A stretch of 64,000 nucleotides of DNA from Camelus ferus (lineage: Eukaryota), in contig NC_045697.1 in assembly GCF_009834535.1 (NCBI RefSeq), positions 65,598,001 to 65,662,000 on the forward strand, given 5' to 3'. The notes beneath the pieces are model-generated. The model saw only the letters and a program-made list of their open reading frames with translations, did not search any database and was not told the origin of the DNA. Made by a program: the position numbers and the translations under genes. Each line of letters begins with the position of its first letter. Position 1 is the first letter of the stretch. Of the stretch, positions 51,150-64,000 are shown in pieces.

Positions 51150-51800
51150 GCAATTATCATTAGCACTTTCATCTACTGACTTCTATATATCCAGGCCCTG
51201 GTTTATTATTTTTATAACCCTCTAAATTACATCAAATGCTAGTAATAGTTTGTTAGCTGTTTTATAGATAGAAATAGATTTCTCATGCTAATGCTAGGCA
51301 CATTTCAGGGAAAAGCACACTGAATTAGATATAGATTACTTCAGTTCTAAGACCAGCTCTCCCAGTGATTCACTTTGTAACCCTTGGGAACAGAGTATTT
51401 CTGTTGTCGTTTCCTCATCCGTAAAATCAATACTTGTTCTCAAATATTGCAGGATGAATGGAAGAGATGATATGAAACTCTTCTGTGCTCTTTGAAAAAT
51501 AATTTGTAAAAACTTAAGGTAGGATTAGCATTTAAAATAAACAAGTAAAAACCAAATGTAAGAAGTGATTTTTATATAATATAGTTTATAATATTCTGGC
51601 CTACCATAAATTATACATTTTGGTGATAATAATAATTACTGATTATTTAGCAGATATGCTGTGCCTGGCATATCATATATATTCTTAAGTTTAGTCCTGA
51701 ACATTATCTTCATTTTAGAAAGTAGAGAAAAATTGGGCCCAGAGAGGTTGAGTGGCAGACCTGGCATTTAAACCCATGGCTATCTGAACCCAAAACACTT
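51150..51800. mobile_element. Cluster of MIR fragments, both orientations
   Basis: gtttcctcatccgtaaaat (+); cattttagaa...ggccccagagaggttgagt...ggcatttaaaccca (-). Confidence 0.6.
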
Positions 51801-51969
51801 ACTCTGAAGTAACATCTAATAAACACTTACTCTAATAAACTTTGGGTAGGGAGGCTGCCAAATGCTTAAATGTGCTTGATTTCATATCTAAATTGGTAGA
51901 TTTCAATCTTATGATATTATTCATGAAATTGCATCCTTTAGGAGAGTTAGTCACTCACTCGTTGATAAT

Positions 51970-53200
51970 GTCTATCCATCCATTTATTCACTCAACATAT
52001 TTATTAAGTACCTCCTTTGAGTTAGGCTCTCAGCCAGGTCCTGGGAACCAGTGGTAGACAAGACAGACTATGCTTCTGCCTTCATGAAGCCTAAATTCTA
52101 CTGCAAAGGCAAACAATACATAAAGAGCTAAATAAATGAAAATTGCCCGTTGAGATTTGTGCTACGAAATAAGGCAATAGAAATTTTAAACTAAGACCGG
52201 AGAACTAATTTATATTAGATGTAGATGACCAGGGAAAAGTTTCTTAGTATGTGACATTTTACAGCTGAATTGTGGAGGACAAAAATGAGAAGCCACGGGA
52301 AGAATCAGGCCAGAGAGACTAGTGCATTCAGGGCCCAGAGACAGGGAAGGGTTTGTTTTATGGTGGGGACAAGATGGAGCTCAGTGTGGCTATAATGTGA
52401 GTAAGTGATGGCAGAATGGTATACGGCGCAGTTGGAGAGGTAGGCCCAGGACAGATCATGGTAAAGAGTTTACATCTTATTCAAAGAAAACGGGAGGGAT
52501 TCCTGATGGTGTGCTGGAGCCAGTTCCTACCAGCCTGTGAGAGCTGATTCTGCACAGCTTCTCCCAGCTCCATGTTCAGTGCTGTCATGTTGGTAGCTTG
52601 AAACTGACCACCATGGAGTATTTACATATCTATGAAATTACCTGTAAACTTATCTATTTACATATCTATATAAATCTTTGTGGTATTTTTGTATCCAGGT
52701 GGTGGTTACCTAATTATATACATATGCAAAAATTAGTTGGGGTATAAACCAGATATCAGTGCAAAAAACCCTATGATGTTATTTTTTTTTTTTCAGGAAA
52801 AAAAGAGGGGTGTACTTAACAATAAAAAATTACATAAAGGAACAATTCATATTAAGTAAAAGCAGTGACTAAAACCAAAATGAGCAACAAAAATTTTTAA
52901 TAAGAGGGGGAAAATGGGAAAGAAACAGGTTTGAATGGGTGAATTGAAACCTCTGTCTGATTGTTTGAGATGCTGACTGGCGCCCCAAGTGTGGAAGTCA
53001 GATAGGAGTGAGGTAGATAAGTGAAGAGCTTAAGGTACAGGCAGGTGGAATGAATTTGGGAATGATCAGAAAAGCAGAGGTATTTAAAGCCATAGGTGTG
53101 AGTGAGACACCCCAAGGAGAGAGTGAGATAGAAGAGGACCTAGACCTGAGCAGATGCTCCAATGTTTCCATACCGGCTAGAGGACACCCAGCAAAGAAGA
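51970..53200 (-). mobile_element. L2 3' portion, interrupted at ~52500-52890
   Basis: catttattcactcaacatatttattaagtacct...; gtttgagatgctg...ccaagtgtggaagtcagatagg...gtatttaaagccat. Confidence 0.8.
52505..52640. mobile_element. MER63-like (hAT-Blackjack) fragment
   Basis: ggtgtgctggagccagttcctaccagcctgtgagagctgatt...gttggtagcttgaaa...ggagtatttaca. Confidence 0.7.
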
Positions 53201-54272
53201 CCCAGGAGGGGCTGCACATTGCATATTTCATTTCTCACTGACGTAATAAAAGATTGATGTCCTGAAAGAAGACCTGTAGAAGAACTCAAAATAACAGTTT
53301 CTAGATCTTGCTTAGATAAGTGATAAAAGTGCTCTGTGTACCTATTTTCATACCTGTAAAATGGGGATAACGATTCCTTTCAGTCTACCTAATCAGATTA
53401 CAGAAGGAGCGAAAGAATGTATGAAAGTAGGCATGCTTTGTAATCTAAAGCTGCACGTGTCCTAGCTTTCTATTGGAATACACTTAGAGCACCATGTTGA
53501 AAATGAGCTTCCCTCCTTTTCTAATTTATTTTTGTCCTGTTCTATAAAGAGCAATGTTGTTATACTCAGTAAACTGTCTTGAGATTCTAGTACCTATTCT
53601 TTGATACTCTGACTAAAATAGTTGTCTTATTTCAAATACATCACAGAAAAAAGCTAGAGAGTTAATATTCCTACTAAGAAAAAAAAATTGATTCAAAATC
53701 ATGTTCTCAAGGGTCTTCCTGGTTTTACCTTCAGCATATCCTAAAAGAAGTAAAAGACACAGAGCTTTGCTGTGGCACACAACCTGACTGCCTGGCCACC
53801 TGACTGCAAGGCCACCCACTTCTCAAAATCCACGTTCTAAATCAGTGGAGAAAATTAATGTTATTCTTTCTTTCTTGTTGTATCCAGTTTTGCCTGTTCA
53901 GCATTTTAGAGAGTTTTGTTGTTGTTTAAAGTAAATAGAATTTCTACAATAGGTTAGGGATTTTTATTCTGGGTCAATATTATTGTATATATTTTTTTGG
54001 CAGGGAGGGGGCGAGTAATCTACCTGCTTTAGTCTAAGATCCTGCAGTCTGATGTTTCTAAAAATCTTAATAGTCCCCATTTGTATACCTGGAAGTGATT
54101 TTAACTTGCCGCTGCATTTATCCAGCAAATTTTAACCAATTTTCAAACTTAGGTTTCTGAAATGACCTTATTTCACAAGGTGGTCAAGTGTTGTGGAATT
54201 CATAGAATGGCTGTTCCTCTGAGATGTACGCTCCTACTGAGATGTGGCTCAGGGAACATGCCAGAGTGAAGA

Positions 54273-54923
54273 TGTTGCCAGTGGATACAACCGGTATTCC
54301 AGGTTCTTATCCCATCCCAGAAAGAATTCAGAGACAAGGCATAGTCGTTAAAAAAAGTAAAGTGAGGATTTATGAAAGAATGGACAGTACACTCTCAAGG
54401 GGAGAGCGGGCAGGCTCAGGTGAGCGGCTGGCTGCCCTGAGTTTCTTTGGCAAGTTAGTTACATAGGGTGTAAAAAGGAATGGGCGGAACATTCATTGGG
54501 GAGGGAAGGGTTTGGGGTCGTATTCCCTGATTGTCATCCCACCTCCACCTTCCCAAAGGAAGGAGGGATTTTTGTCCTTATTTAGTTTGGATCGGAAGTG
54601 TCATGGCGGCAGTGCATGATGGGTACTTCTAATCTGCAAGGCTAATTTTATTGAAATGAGGGCATAATGAGCAAAAGGTTACATTCGGACACTGGAAATT
54701 CCTGCCTTTTCTGACCTTTCTTTGTTGGTCTCCAGGCCAAAAGGTGTGGCCCCTTATTAGCCCAAAGATTCCTGCTTTTCTTTCTCTGCCCAGGGGCCCC
54801 TGCTGCTTATATGTTGTATGTTTTCCTGCATTTGGCTTGTGCCCCTCCTTTCTGCCCAATTCCTGCCATTTGGTCTGTGTCCCCCTTTCTCTGCTCATAT
54901 CTGGCTATCTGCCTGCTCTAACA
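54273..54923 (-). mobile_element. ERV1-class solo LTR, comparatively young
   Basis: 651 bp with tgtt...aaca ends. Flanks aaga/aaaa (4-bp TSD, 1 mismatch). GC-rich with retained CpGs. Minus strand starts tgttagagcaggcagatagccagatatgagcag, typical of ERV1 LTR 5' ends. Confidence 0.8.
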
Positions 54924-55009
54924 AAAACTCACCTTCTTTTGTGTGGACTCCATTTCAGGCCACATGCTAAATGTTACCTACATATTACCCTTCATGATTT
55001 TCAGGAAAC

Positions 55010-55600
55010 TCTTATGAGTTAACCACCTCTGGCACCGAATTATAAAAGTGATGTATGAAATAGCCACATGACTTGCCCAGAGTCACATCACCAAGGAATC
55101 ATAAATCTGAGATTCAGTCCCATGAAATCAGACCTCAGAGCTGCACTCCTGACCCCTCTGTCAGCCTCTTGAATTCTGGGAGCTTGTCTTTCAGACAGTC
55201 ATAGTAAAACTGTCTGAAAAGCCATAAGTAGTAACTAGCACAGTAATGTTCTTTCTGTATGCAAGGAGACTACTTACTTATTTTGAGGAAAGAAGCAGCA
55301 TTCTTCATTTTGAAAATTGATGGCAATTTCAAGACTGGAAAATACTACTGTAGCAGAAACTGTAAAGGAAAGAATGAATTGTCCAAAGAATGAACTGATC
55401 CTCAAGAAGTACATATTAGGAAGTGTTTTAAAACTGGAGGCACTTGAATGGAAATAGCACTGGACAGGGAGCCATATCATGTGAAGTTGACTCCAATTCT
55501 AATGGTAAATTTCCTTCTTGACCTTGAACAAGGTTCTTTACATTTTTAAAGTCTCGGTTTCTTACATATGAGATAGAATCAGAGACAGCAGTTTTTTGTG
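55010..55600. mobile_element. MIR fragments
   Basis: tgacttgcccagagtcaca...ctgagattcagtccca (-); tgaccttgaacaagg...tctcggtttcttacatatga (+). Confidence 0.6.
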
Positions 55601-57399
55601 CCAAGGGCATATTCGTTATGGAGGAGATGTTATATGTGGCAGTATTTTGAGCTACTTGAGAACAGGCCTCAATAAGGGTAAGAGAGTAACAGTATGTAAG
55701 ATAATCAAAGCTATAATCGGAAAAATTCTATGTCCTTATTTACCACAATTCTCAATAAGACTGACTGTCCTTGTCATAGCCATATTAAAAAAAAAAAAAG
55801 CAAAACGATCCAATTCTAATAATGCATTGAATCCCATTTCTAAACTCACACTATGTCCCTTTTGTGGCATATATTCAGCCTCATTGCTAACAGTCTTTTA
55901 GACAGATATAATGGAACTAATATATTGAAACATGCCCTTCATTTATTTTCTGATTAATCTTTATTATGCTTAACAGTGAATCACATCACTAAAATACCAG
56001 ATTTGGATTATGACCTTGATTTCTTGATTTAGAAAAGTGAAAAGAACAAAATATATTTTTTCATAAAATCTAGGTAGAAGAAATGAATTATTATAAATAC
56101 GATATGCCGAGTCCCTTGAAATTCATGTGAACTTTAAAAATATCTTTCTTATCAAATAAAAGATCAACCAAAAATCAATACAGTAAACAATGCAATATTA
56201 AAAACCTGTTTTTCTCTCTCTTGATCAAATACAGTTGGTCGCCTCAGGGAGTAACTGAGCTATCATCTTACCAAAACATGTCGGACCAGGATCACAATAG
56301 TTCCAGTAGGAAAAAAAGTAGAGAATCGAACCAACACAGAGGAGGAGTTGTGCTTGCTTTTACTTCCATCAAAGGGCATGATGAAAAGCATATAGTTTAA
56401 GAAAAGTAGCACAGTCGCTATGAGCAGAAAACATCCCCAAGGAAAAGAAAAGAATTTACAAATATAAACTCATTGTAAGAATGTATAAACAGAATTGACA
56501 TTATGATTGGCATTATTAATTAAAATACATTTTCACACAAGCCTTAGTATTTCCAGCACCTGTTGAGGTTTTGCATTGGAAGCATGTTCATTGTTTCATG
56601 TGTCATCTTTCAAATGCTGAAGTAGTGAGGAAAATGTTCAAAACTCACATTCAAGCTACCAAACTTTTGAAAATCAGTGCCTAGTGCCTGTGCGTCAGAT
56701 CTACACGTTGGGGAGAAATTTGCAGATAAATATACACAACTAGGGATTTTTATGTGTACTCCACAGAATTTTATTCATTCAAAGGAGGGTTTTATCACAC
56801 TGGATTGTTGAAATTCTTGTTCCTGTAAGGGAGAGAGGGTTTCTGCCAAGCTAATTAATTAATGTAATTAGGGAAACCAAAATGTGTCAGCCTACTGCAG
56901 TGTTGAGTAAAGACTATGAGTAATTCTACTTTGTGAGTCCTTCTGGAAGAAAAAAATAATCATAATGCAAAGTGGTAGAATGAGCACATGTTTTAAATTA
57001 GACTGACCTGTGGTCAAACTACATACTTGCTTTTATTTGCTTTGCAACCCACCTGAATAAACTCTTCTATTCCTCTGAATTTTATGCATGGAATCAGAAT
57101 AGCACCCACCTCACAGACTGTTGTGAGGACACGATGAGAAAATGCCTACCCTGTTAGTTTCCTTCCTTTGCTTGTATTTTACTCCCCTGGCTCTTTCTAA
57201 GGCTTGTAAATATAAAAATATTTCTGTACACTTTATAAGGAAAGGATACAAATGCACCTCGGATGACAAAGTACTCATAATCTGGTAAATCTGAGGCAAA
57301 GACTATAAAAGTAGATGTTCTTACAGTGGAGTTTCAGATCACTTCCTGTAATATTAAGCTTATGCTTGGATTTTACAGAGATCACTACTTAAAAAGGCT

Positions 57400-57725
57400 G
57401 CTCAGGACCCTTTGATCTGCAATATTTATGAGAAAGTTCATCCTTGTAAGGTGTTGAAAAATATACTTCCTTATAATTTGTATTCACATGTCTTTTTTCT
57501 GCCCTCTGGGGACGTTCAGACATTTGAAGACAACTAGAAGCTTACATTAAGACTTCACCAGCCTGAAATTCCCAAACTCTACAAACTTTTTTTATCAAAT
57601 GACGTAATTTCTAGAACTTTCATCATCTTGAGCACTCTTTAAAAGATATGCTCCAATATGTCAAATAATTCTTATATAAAACTGAAGATTATATTCCAAA
57701 AGTGCTCCTACCAGTGCAGAATAAT
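57400..57725 (-). mobile_element. L3/CR1 fragment
   Basis: ttcagacatttgaagaca; tttctagaactttcatcatcttgagcactct; ccagtgcagaata resemble antisense L3 ORF2 3' region. Confidence 0.55.
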
Positions 57726-57885
57726 AATAATAAATATATTATTGTTATGAACCTGTGTTGCATATTTATTATATGCCATGCACTGGCCTAGGTATTTGAG
57801 AGGCATACTTTTAAATGCACTATTTTATCCAACTTTTACATTTGGTTATCTAACAAAATGTTAGCTAGCTGCCACAGTGAAACCC

Positions 57886-58130
57886 TATAGCGTGGTGGTT
57901 AAAGGCTTGGTCTCCAGAGCCAGACTTCCTGGACTTGAATGCGGACTCTGCTATTTACCAGTTTTGTGATTGGGGGAAAAATAACTCAGCTTCTCAATGC
58001 CTCAGTTTCTTCAGTGGCACATGGGATTTTAAGATTTGTCTTAAATAATATCAAACAATGTATGTGAAAAACTTAGAATAGTGTCTGGTGCATAGTAATT
58101 ATCACATGAGTGTTCATCGTTACTATTATC
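57886..58130 (+). mobile_element. Near full-length MIR
   Basis: tagcgtggtggttaaag...agagccagacttcctggacttgaat...tgcctcagtttctt...cttagaatagtgtctggtgcatagtaa. Confidence 0.85.
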
Positions 58131-58149
58131 AGTGCTGTGGACGTGCAGA

Positions 58150-58530
58150 ACGCTTGTGGAGAAAATGGACAACTGGACAAGAAATAATACAACTTAACAC
58201 TGACATAAGTGCTATTAAAAAAATGAAGTGTAGAAGGGGACAGGGAGTGCTGAAGTGGAAGGTTTTGGAGGGTGGAAGTTGGATATGCAGGTCCAACAAG
58301 TCTCCTATAGGGAGGTGACGTTTGAACAAACTTGAACGAAGTACAGGAGTGAGCCAGTGGGGCCGAGTTGGACATCGGGCTAGCAGAAAAGGCCCGAGGT
58401 GAGATGAGCTGGGAAGACTAAGGGAAAGCAAACCATCCCATGTAGCTGAAAGAGATGGAGCAAGATTGGTGGGAGAATCAGAGTTAGGCAGAGGCCAGAT
58501 GCCTGGTCTTTGCAGGCAACGGCAAGAGAG
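58150..58530 (-). mobile_element. L2 fragment
   Basis: ggaggtgacgtttgaacaaacttgaacgaagt...ggagtgagcca; aggcagaggccagat. Confidence 0.7.
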
Positions 58531-60439
58531 GCACACGGAGGTAAAGCACCTTGTCTGTGGTGACAGAGCTAACACCACTTTTCTCTGACCCTACACCTCA
58601 GAGGTCTTAATCACTCTGCCCCTTGTTACGAGCAACATGTTTGAGTCATATTAAAATTCCACCAGATTTTTGGAAAGTCAGCAATACACTGGTGGCTTAT
58701 ATTGAGCTTTCCATCAACTGAAATATTGAGATGTGATTTTTTTTTATGGGAATGCTTATTAATTTGATTCTAGGGTCTCCTGTTTGTAATAACTGATTTT
58801 TGAAGAGGTTTTCATTTATTCTTACTATTTATGTTCAAAAAAATTCAGAGTTATAACTTGACAGGAATATTTTACTGAGTGAGAAACAATCTGTTTGCAA
58901 ACAGAGAGACTTCAAACCCAAAAGTGATATGAAGTTCAGAAGCATAACGTTACAGGATGACTTATAACGTGAAAATGAAGAAGTTATTTAATCTTTACAA
59001 TGACTGGTTTTTGCAGTGAGAATTACCACAGCAGGGGATTACTTAAAAGCGATTATCTCATATCATTTGAGGAAGATGACTTAAATTTCATTTATGATTA
59101 TCAAACGTATTTACTAGAATAATCTTTAAGTTTCACTTCTGCTCTTGAAATAAGCTAGACTAAGTTTTGCTTCTATGGCTTAACTGGTTTTATCTACTCG
59201 TGATTTTCAAGACTGGTCTCCATTTTCCTTTATTTTAACCTATTTCACTTTGCTCTTTTCAACATTCTTATTTATTGATTCTTCCTCTCAGCTTTATGTG
59301 TTCTAATAAGCTTGCTTTCTACATCTTCTTACAAGAGCTTAATAAAAATAGTGGACAGGAAAAAGGACAAAGTAGTTTGTCCTGACTGATGCAAGTACCT
59401 GCGGGTTGTCATAAGGCTACTGAATTATCTTTAAGATAGACTGGGCCAAGTTACAAAACACTTTCATTCTTAAAAACTTCTTCCATGAGTTTATTAAGGA
59501 AGATTTGTCTAAGGATGTACAACATTCTCATGAACACCTAGCTGAGTACATTGATTTTTTTTTAAAAGGGAAAGTAGTTTAGTTTGGCACCACATGTTTA
59601 TCAAACATAGGAAAATGACTAGTGTTCACTGTCTATATTTCTAAGATGTTAAAACAATTTTCTTAATCATCTGTCCTAAAATTTTGTATGAATAAATAGC
59701 ATGCTTACTCAACTGGAGGTTGTAGGTGTTATCTGTTTGAAGAATGAGCCAGCAGTTATCTATCCCACATCTTATGGAACCAATTACTAATCCATGTAAA
59801 TTCTTGTAATATTAGTGATGACAATTCTGACTTTACGTATTGAATATAGGACATTTGGAGCCAAGATATGAACTCTATTACAACAGTAAGGTTTAGCCTT
59901 AGTATCTCTCAATGTATCTTGAACTAAAATATTCCCTTGTACTTACTTTGTTCTAACATTTTGTTGTTGTTGTTGTTGAATTACTACTATTAATGAAGAA
60001 TTTAAAAGCCAAAAAAAGAAAGGAACTGGAAATCTACTCAATTACTTTTTCTTGTTCATTGTAACATCATCTGCCAGAAGCTGAGTCTGGTCCTTCTTCT
60101 CTTTGATGCAAACTTGATTCTAAAACAACTCTTTTTTTCTCCCTTAGTTTTTGTCGCAGTTCTCCTTACATTTTGGATTTTAGCCCACTTGACACTATCC
60201 TCAAAAGTTCAAATGTTTCTTTTCTCTCTGCCCATGATTAAATGTCCTTTTATTTCTTTTTTCCTATACATATATTTAAAGTACAGACTTATTATAGATT
60301 ATCCTACACTGTTACATTATTTTCTTTAGATAGTCTTCCCATTTCTTTAAGTACGGAGTGTTTTGGTTTGTATTGTAATGTTTTTAGAAGCTTATTCTTC
60401 TTGCGTGATTTTCTTTACATGGTGATTAGCTTTATAGTT

Positions 60440-60950
60440 ATGCTTACATTTTCTCTAAGCATTTAAATACATGTTTTTCACTGTTTATGATGTTTGAGAT
60501 TTACTTCAAAATACTCTATAAAGGAGGGAGGGGACTCAGATGGTAGAATAGATAAAATAAGATGGGCAATCTGTTGGTAACTGTTGAAGGTGAGGAGGAC
60601 CTGCTGGCTTATTGCACTGTTTTCTCTACTTACATATAATTTTGAAATTTTCCATAATAAAAAATTTAAAACAAACGAAAGAGACTGTAAATTAGTACCA
60701 GCTTTCTAAAGAGTACTAACAGAAACCCTATTAATGCATACATTTAAGACACAAATTTCATGTCTAGAAATAATGAACATGAGTCAAAATTTTTCTTATA
60801 TGGTGTTTAGCATATTATTTTTATGGTAGTGAAACAATTTAAATAATGTAAATGATCACCTATAAAATACTAATTAAATGAAACATGTTACTTACGATAG
60901 AATACATTGAATCATTAAAAAGAAATAGATTTACGTAAGTACGTGCAAAT
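60440..60950 (+). mobile_element. Old L1 (L1MC/L1ME) 3' fragments
   Basis: gatgtttgagatttacttcaaaatactct...ttgaaattttccataataaaaa; degenerate ORF2-end motifs at 60730-60950. Confidence 0.6.
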
Positions 60951-61199
60951 TTAAAAATCTTTATTAGATGTTATATATATTCATATATCTATTGGACATT
61001 ATATATATATATATGTATATATATTCTGTACCATATACTCACCTGTTTCTTAGCTTCTAAATGGTGTATATCTTGTTGAGATGCACTGCTGGTCCTCTTC
61101 TCTTAAATTTTATTGAACATATTGTACCGTTTCATTTTCTCATTTTGATCCTGAGTTGTGGACTAATCTCTTTTTTTAAAGTTTACATTCACTTCATAC

Positions 61200-63060
61200 A
61201 ATATTGGTGAAAATATAAGTTGGTACAGCCATGATGGAAAATATGGAGATTCCTTAAAAATTAATAACAGAAATACCATACAATCCAGCAACTCCACCTT
61301 TGGATATTTATCTAAAGAATATGAAAATGCTAATACGAAAAGAGAAATTTACCCTTATGTTCACTGCAGCATTATTCACAATAGCCAACATATGGAAGCA
61401 ATAGCCAACATATGGAATCTAAGTGCCCATCAACGACTGAATGGATAAAGAAGATATGGCATATATGTACAATGGAATACTACTCAACCATGAAAAAGAT
61501 GAAATCTTGCCATTTTCAATAACATGAATGGACCTTGAGGGTATTATGCTAATTGAAAAAGTCAGACGGAGAAAACAAATGCCATATGATTTCACTCATA
61601 TGTGTAATATAAAAAAAAAAAAAACCAAAGAAACAAATGAAAAAACCCAAATCCAACAAAAACAAACATAGATACAGGAAAGGCATGTTGGTTACCAGAC
61701 GGGAAGAAGCACTGAGGGAGGGCAAAATTGGTAAATGATCAACTGTATGGTGCTGGATGGAAACAAAATTTTTGGCAGTGAGCCTGCTCTAGTGGACATA
61801 AAAGTAGAAATGTAATATTGTCCACATAAAACATAAACCCAGCAATGTTCTCCTAGGGCAGTCTACCCAAGCAATAGAAATAAAAGCAAAAATAAACAAA
61901 TGAGGCCTAATTAAATTTACACACTTTTGCATAACAAAGGAAACCATAAGCAAAACAAAATGACAACCTACAGAATGGGAGAAAATACTTGCAAAAGATG
62001 AGACTGACAAGGGCTTAATTTCCAGAATATATAAACAGCTCATACAACTTAATAAGAAAAAAAACAAACAATGCAATCCAAAAATGGGCAGAAGAACTAA
62101 ACAAGCAATTCTCCAGTGAACACATACAAATGGCCAATTGGCACATGAAAAAATGCTCAATATTGCTAATTATCAGAGAAACGCAAATCAAAACTACAAA
62201 GAGGTATCACTTCACACTGGTCAGAAGGGCCATCATTCAAAAGTCCACAGACGATAGAGAGGCTGTGGAGGAAAGGGAACCCTCCTACACTGTCAGTAGG
62301 AATGTAGGTTTGTGCAGCCATTGTGGAAAACAGTATGGAGATTCCTCAAAAGGTTAAAAATAGACTTACCATATGATCCAGCAAGTCCTACTCCTGGGCA
62401 TATATCCAGAAGGAACCTTAATTAAAAAGACACCTGCACCCCAATATTCATAGCAGCACTATTTAAAATAGCCAAGACATGGAAACAACCTAAATGTCCA
62501 CTGGCAGATGACTGGATAAAGAAGTTGTGGCATATTTATATAATGGAATACTACTCAGTCATAAAAAATAATAAAATAATGCCATTTGCAGCAACACAAA
62601 TGTCCCTGGAGAATGTCATTCTAAGTGAAGTTAGCCAGAAAGAGGAAGAAAAATACCATATGATATCACTCATATGTGGAATCTAAAAAAAAAAAGAGAA
62701 ACAAACTTATTTACAAAACAGACACAGATTCACAGAGATAGCAAATTTATGGTTACCAGGGGGCAGGGGGTGGGAAGGGATAAATTGAGAGATCAAGATT
62801 TGCAGATACTGACTGGTATATATAAAATAGGTAAATGAGTTCTTACTGGATAACACAGGGAGCTATATTTGATATCTTGTAGTAGCTTACAGTGAAAAGG
62901 AGTATGAAAATGAATATATGTATATTCATGTATGACTAAAGCATTGTGCTGTACACCAGAAGTTGACAGAACATTGTAAACTGACTATACTTCAATAAAA
63001 TATTTTTAATGTCATATACCAATGTTACCTCAATAAAAAATAAATTTAAAAATTAAAATA
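61200..63060 (+). mobile_element. Older L1 3' end (61200-61837 and 63005-63060) with a younger L1 nested in its 3' UTR
   Basis: ttggtacagccatgatggaaaa...atggaatactactca...aaagtagaaatgtaatattgtccacataaaac | taatgtcatataccaatgttacctcaataaaaa. Confidence 0.85.
61838..63000 (+). mobile_element. 5'-truncated younger L1 (ORF2 C-terminus + 3' UTR), same 3' UTR type as 40210-41250
   Basis: ORF 62130-62357 [29 protein letters not shown] (ORF2p C-terminus). 3' UTR ends acattgtaaactgactatacttcaataaaa, the reverse complement of the 40230-40260 motif. Confidence 0.92.
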
Positions 63061-64000
63061 CAAAAAAAGTTAACATTTAGTCATGAAGACAAAGTAAACA
63101 AGCTTATCATTTCTGAATATACCATGTAGATCTGTACCAAAAATAAAGTTGGCCCAACAGTCCTAGTGTTGAAAATATTTATCACATAGCTTTATTTCTT
63201 AAAAATTGTGTGTGAATTCTAGGAAATAAACTTACAACTTATATGGATTAAAGAGATACAGCAATAGTACTTTTTAAAAAAAAACCCTCATTTCCACAAA
63301 GCAAATCCATCTAGAAGGAAACATCGTCATTAAGTTCTCTGTAGGCTTGTTTTACTTTAGACTTTCAGTGTTTTAGTGCACAGATTAGCTTAAATATTTG
63401 AAGGAATATGTGCTGTGAGGAAAAGCTTTAATTATGTTGGATTATACTAATTTATTTTTATCTATCAGGTTTATTTTGATCAAATTTATCATTATAATAT
63501 GTTTCTTATAGTATTAACAAATATGCTTGAGATGTTACATTTTAACATTGTAAAACTGATATCTATGAAATAAACAAATTAAAATTTGTTTTAAACCAAA
63601 ATAAAATATTACAGTGGTAAATGGATATAAAGGAACCTATCCTACTGAGCTACCTATTCTTTCAGGAATTATTATAAAAAATAGAAAATATTACTAGGCC
63701 AGGTAGTCAAATCCTGGAGAAAGGCGTTTTTAAAAATCTGTATGAATTTAATACTGTTCCATAAAAATTTGTCCAAGTCTAAACGTCCTTGACTTGACTG
63801 CATGACTGAGATTCTTTAAGAGGAAAACAAGCACTCTGGTGCAATCTGCCTAATGGATGTCCTTTTATTTGTTTCCATTGTTTCTTTTTCCTTTCCTCTC
63901 TCTCAAATGCTCCCAACTTGAAAGATTTATTCTATCCTATAGGTTGAGTGGTCTTCTTTAGACAAGAAAGAACTTGGATAGGAAATAAAGTTAGGGTTAC

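Noticed and set aside
51794..51840. Repeated aaacacttactct
   Set aside because: Two copies only, at a MIR end; a slippage product and not an array.
58129..58578. 149-aa ORF, the longest in the window
   Set aside because: Lies over an L2 fragment; Ser/Pro/Leu-rich composition is typical of spurious L2 frames.
63858..63945. Long polypyrimidine tract followed by ctatAG|gt as a possible further exon acceptor
   Set aside because: The downstream sequence does not encode VKYGNYAF (next GRID2 exon), an intervening AG exists, and the window ends before a donor can be evaluated.

Overview
AT-rich, CpG-depleted mammalian genomic DNA, not a prokaryotic or viral window. The only protein-coding feature I can support is one 196-nt internal exon (21284-21479, +) of GRID2 (glutamate receptor delta-2/GluD2), encoding the start of the S2 ligand-binding segment (equivalent to human exon 13, residues ~666-731). 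Everything else is intron on either side. I did not see the neighbouring exons (SYTANLAAF/M3 upstream, VKYGNYAFVWD downstream). The introns hold a layered transposable-element record: L3/CR1, L2, MIR, Tigger2, MER5, MER94, MER96B, MER63, HAL1/L1 ORF1, several L1 subfamilies, an MLT2 solo LTR, a younger ERV1-type solo LTR and two tRNA-derived SINEs resembling camelid vic-1, which suggests a camelid genome (inference). I found no convincing previously undescribed biological system. The best leads are an unusually complete L2 fossil (26932-~30400) that keeps its N-terminal APE endonuclease, a possible degenerate 2A/StopGo motif just upstream of it, several nested insertions with readable target-site duplications (TSDs), and a Leu->Met difference in the GluD2 ligand-binding domain. 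Repeat family names come from recognition of remembered consensus motifs, not a database search. Boundaries are approximate unless a TSD or terminal inverted repeat (TIR) is given.
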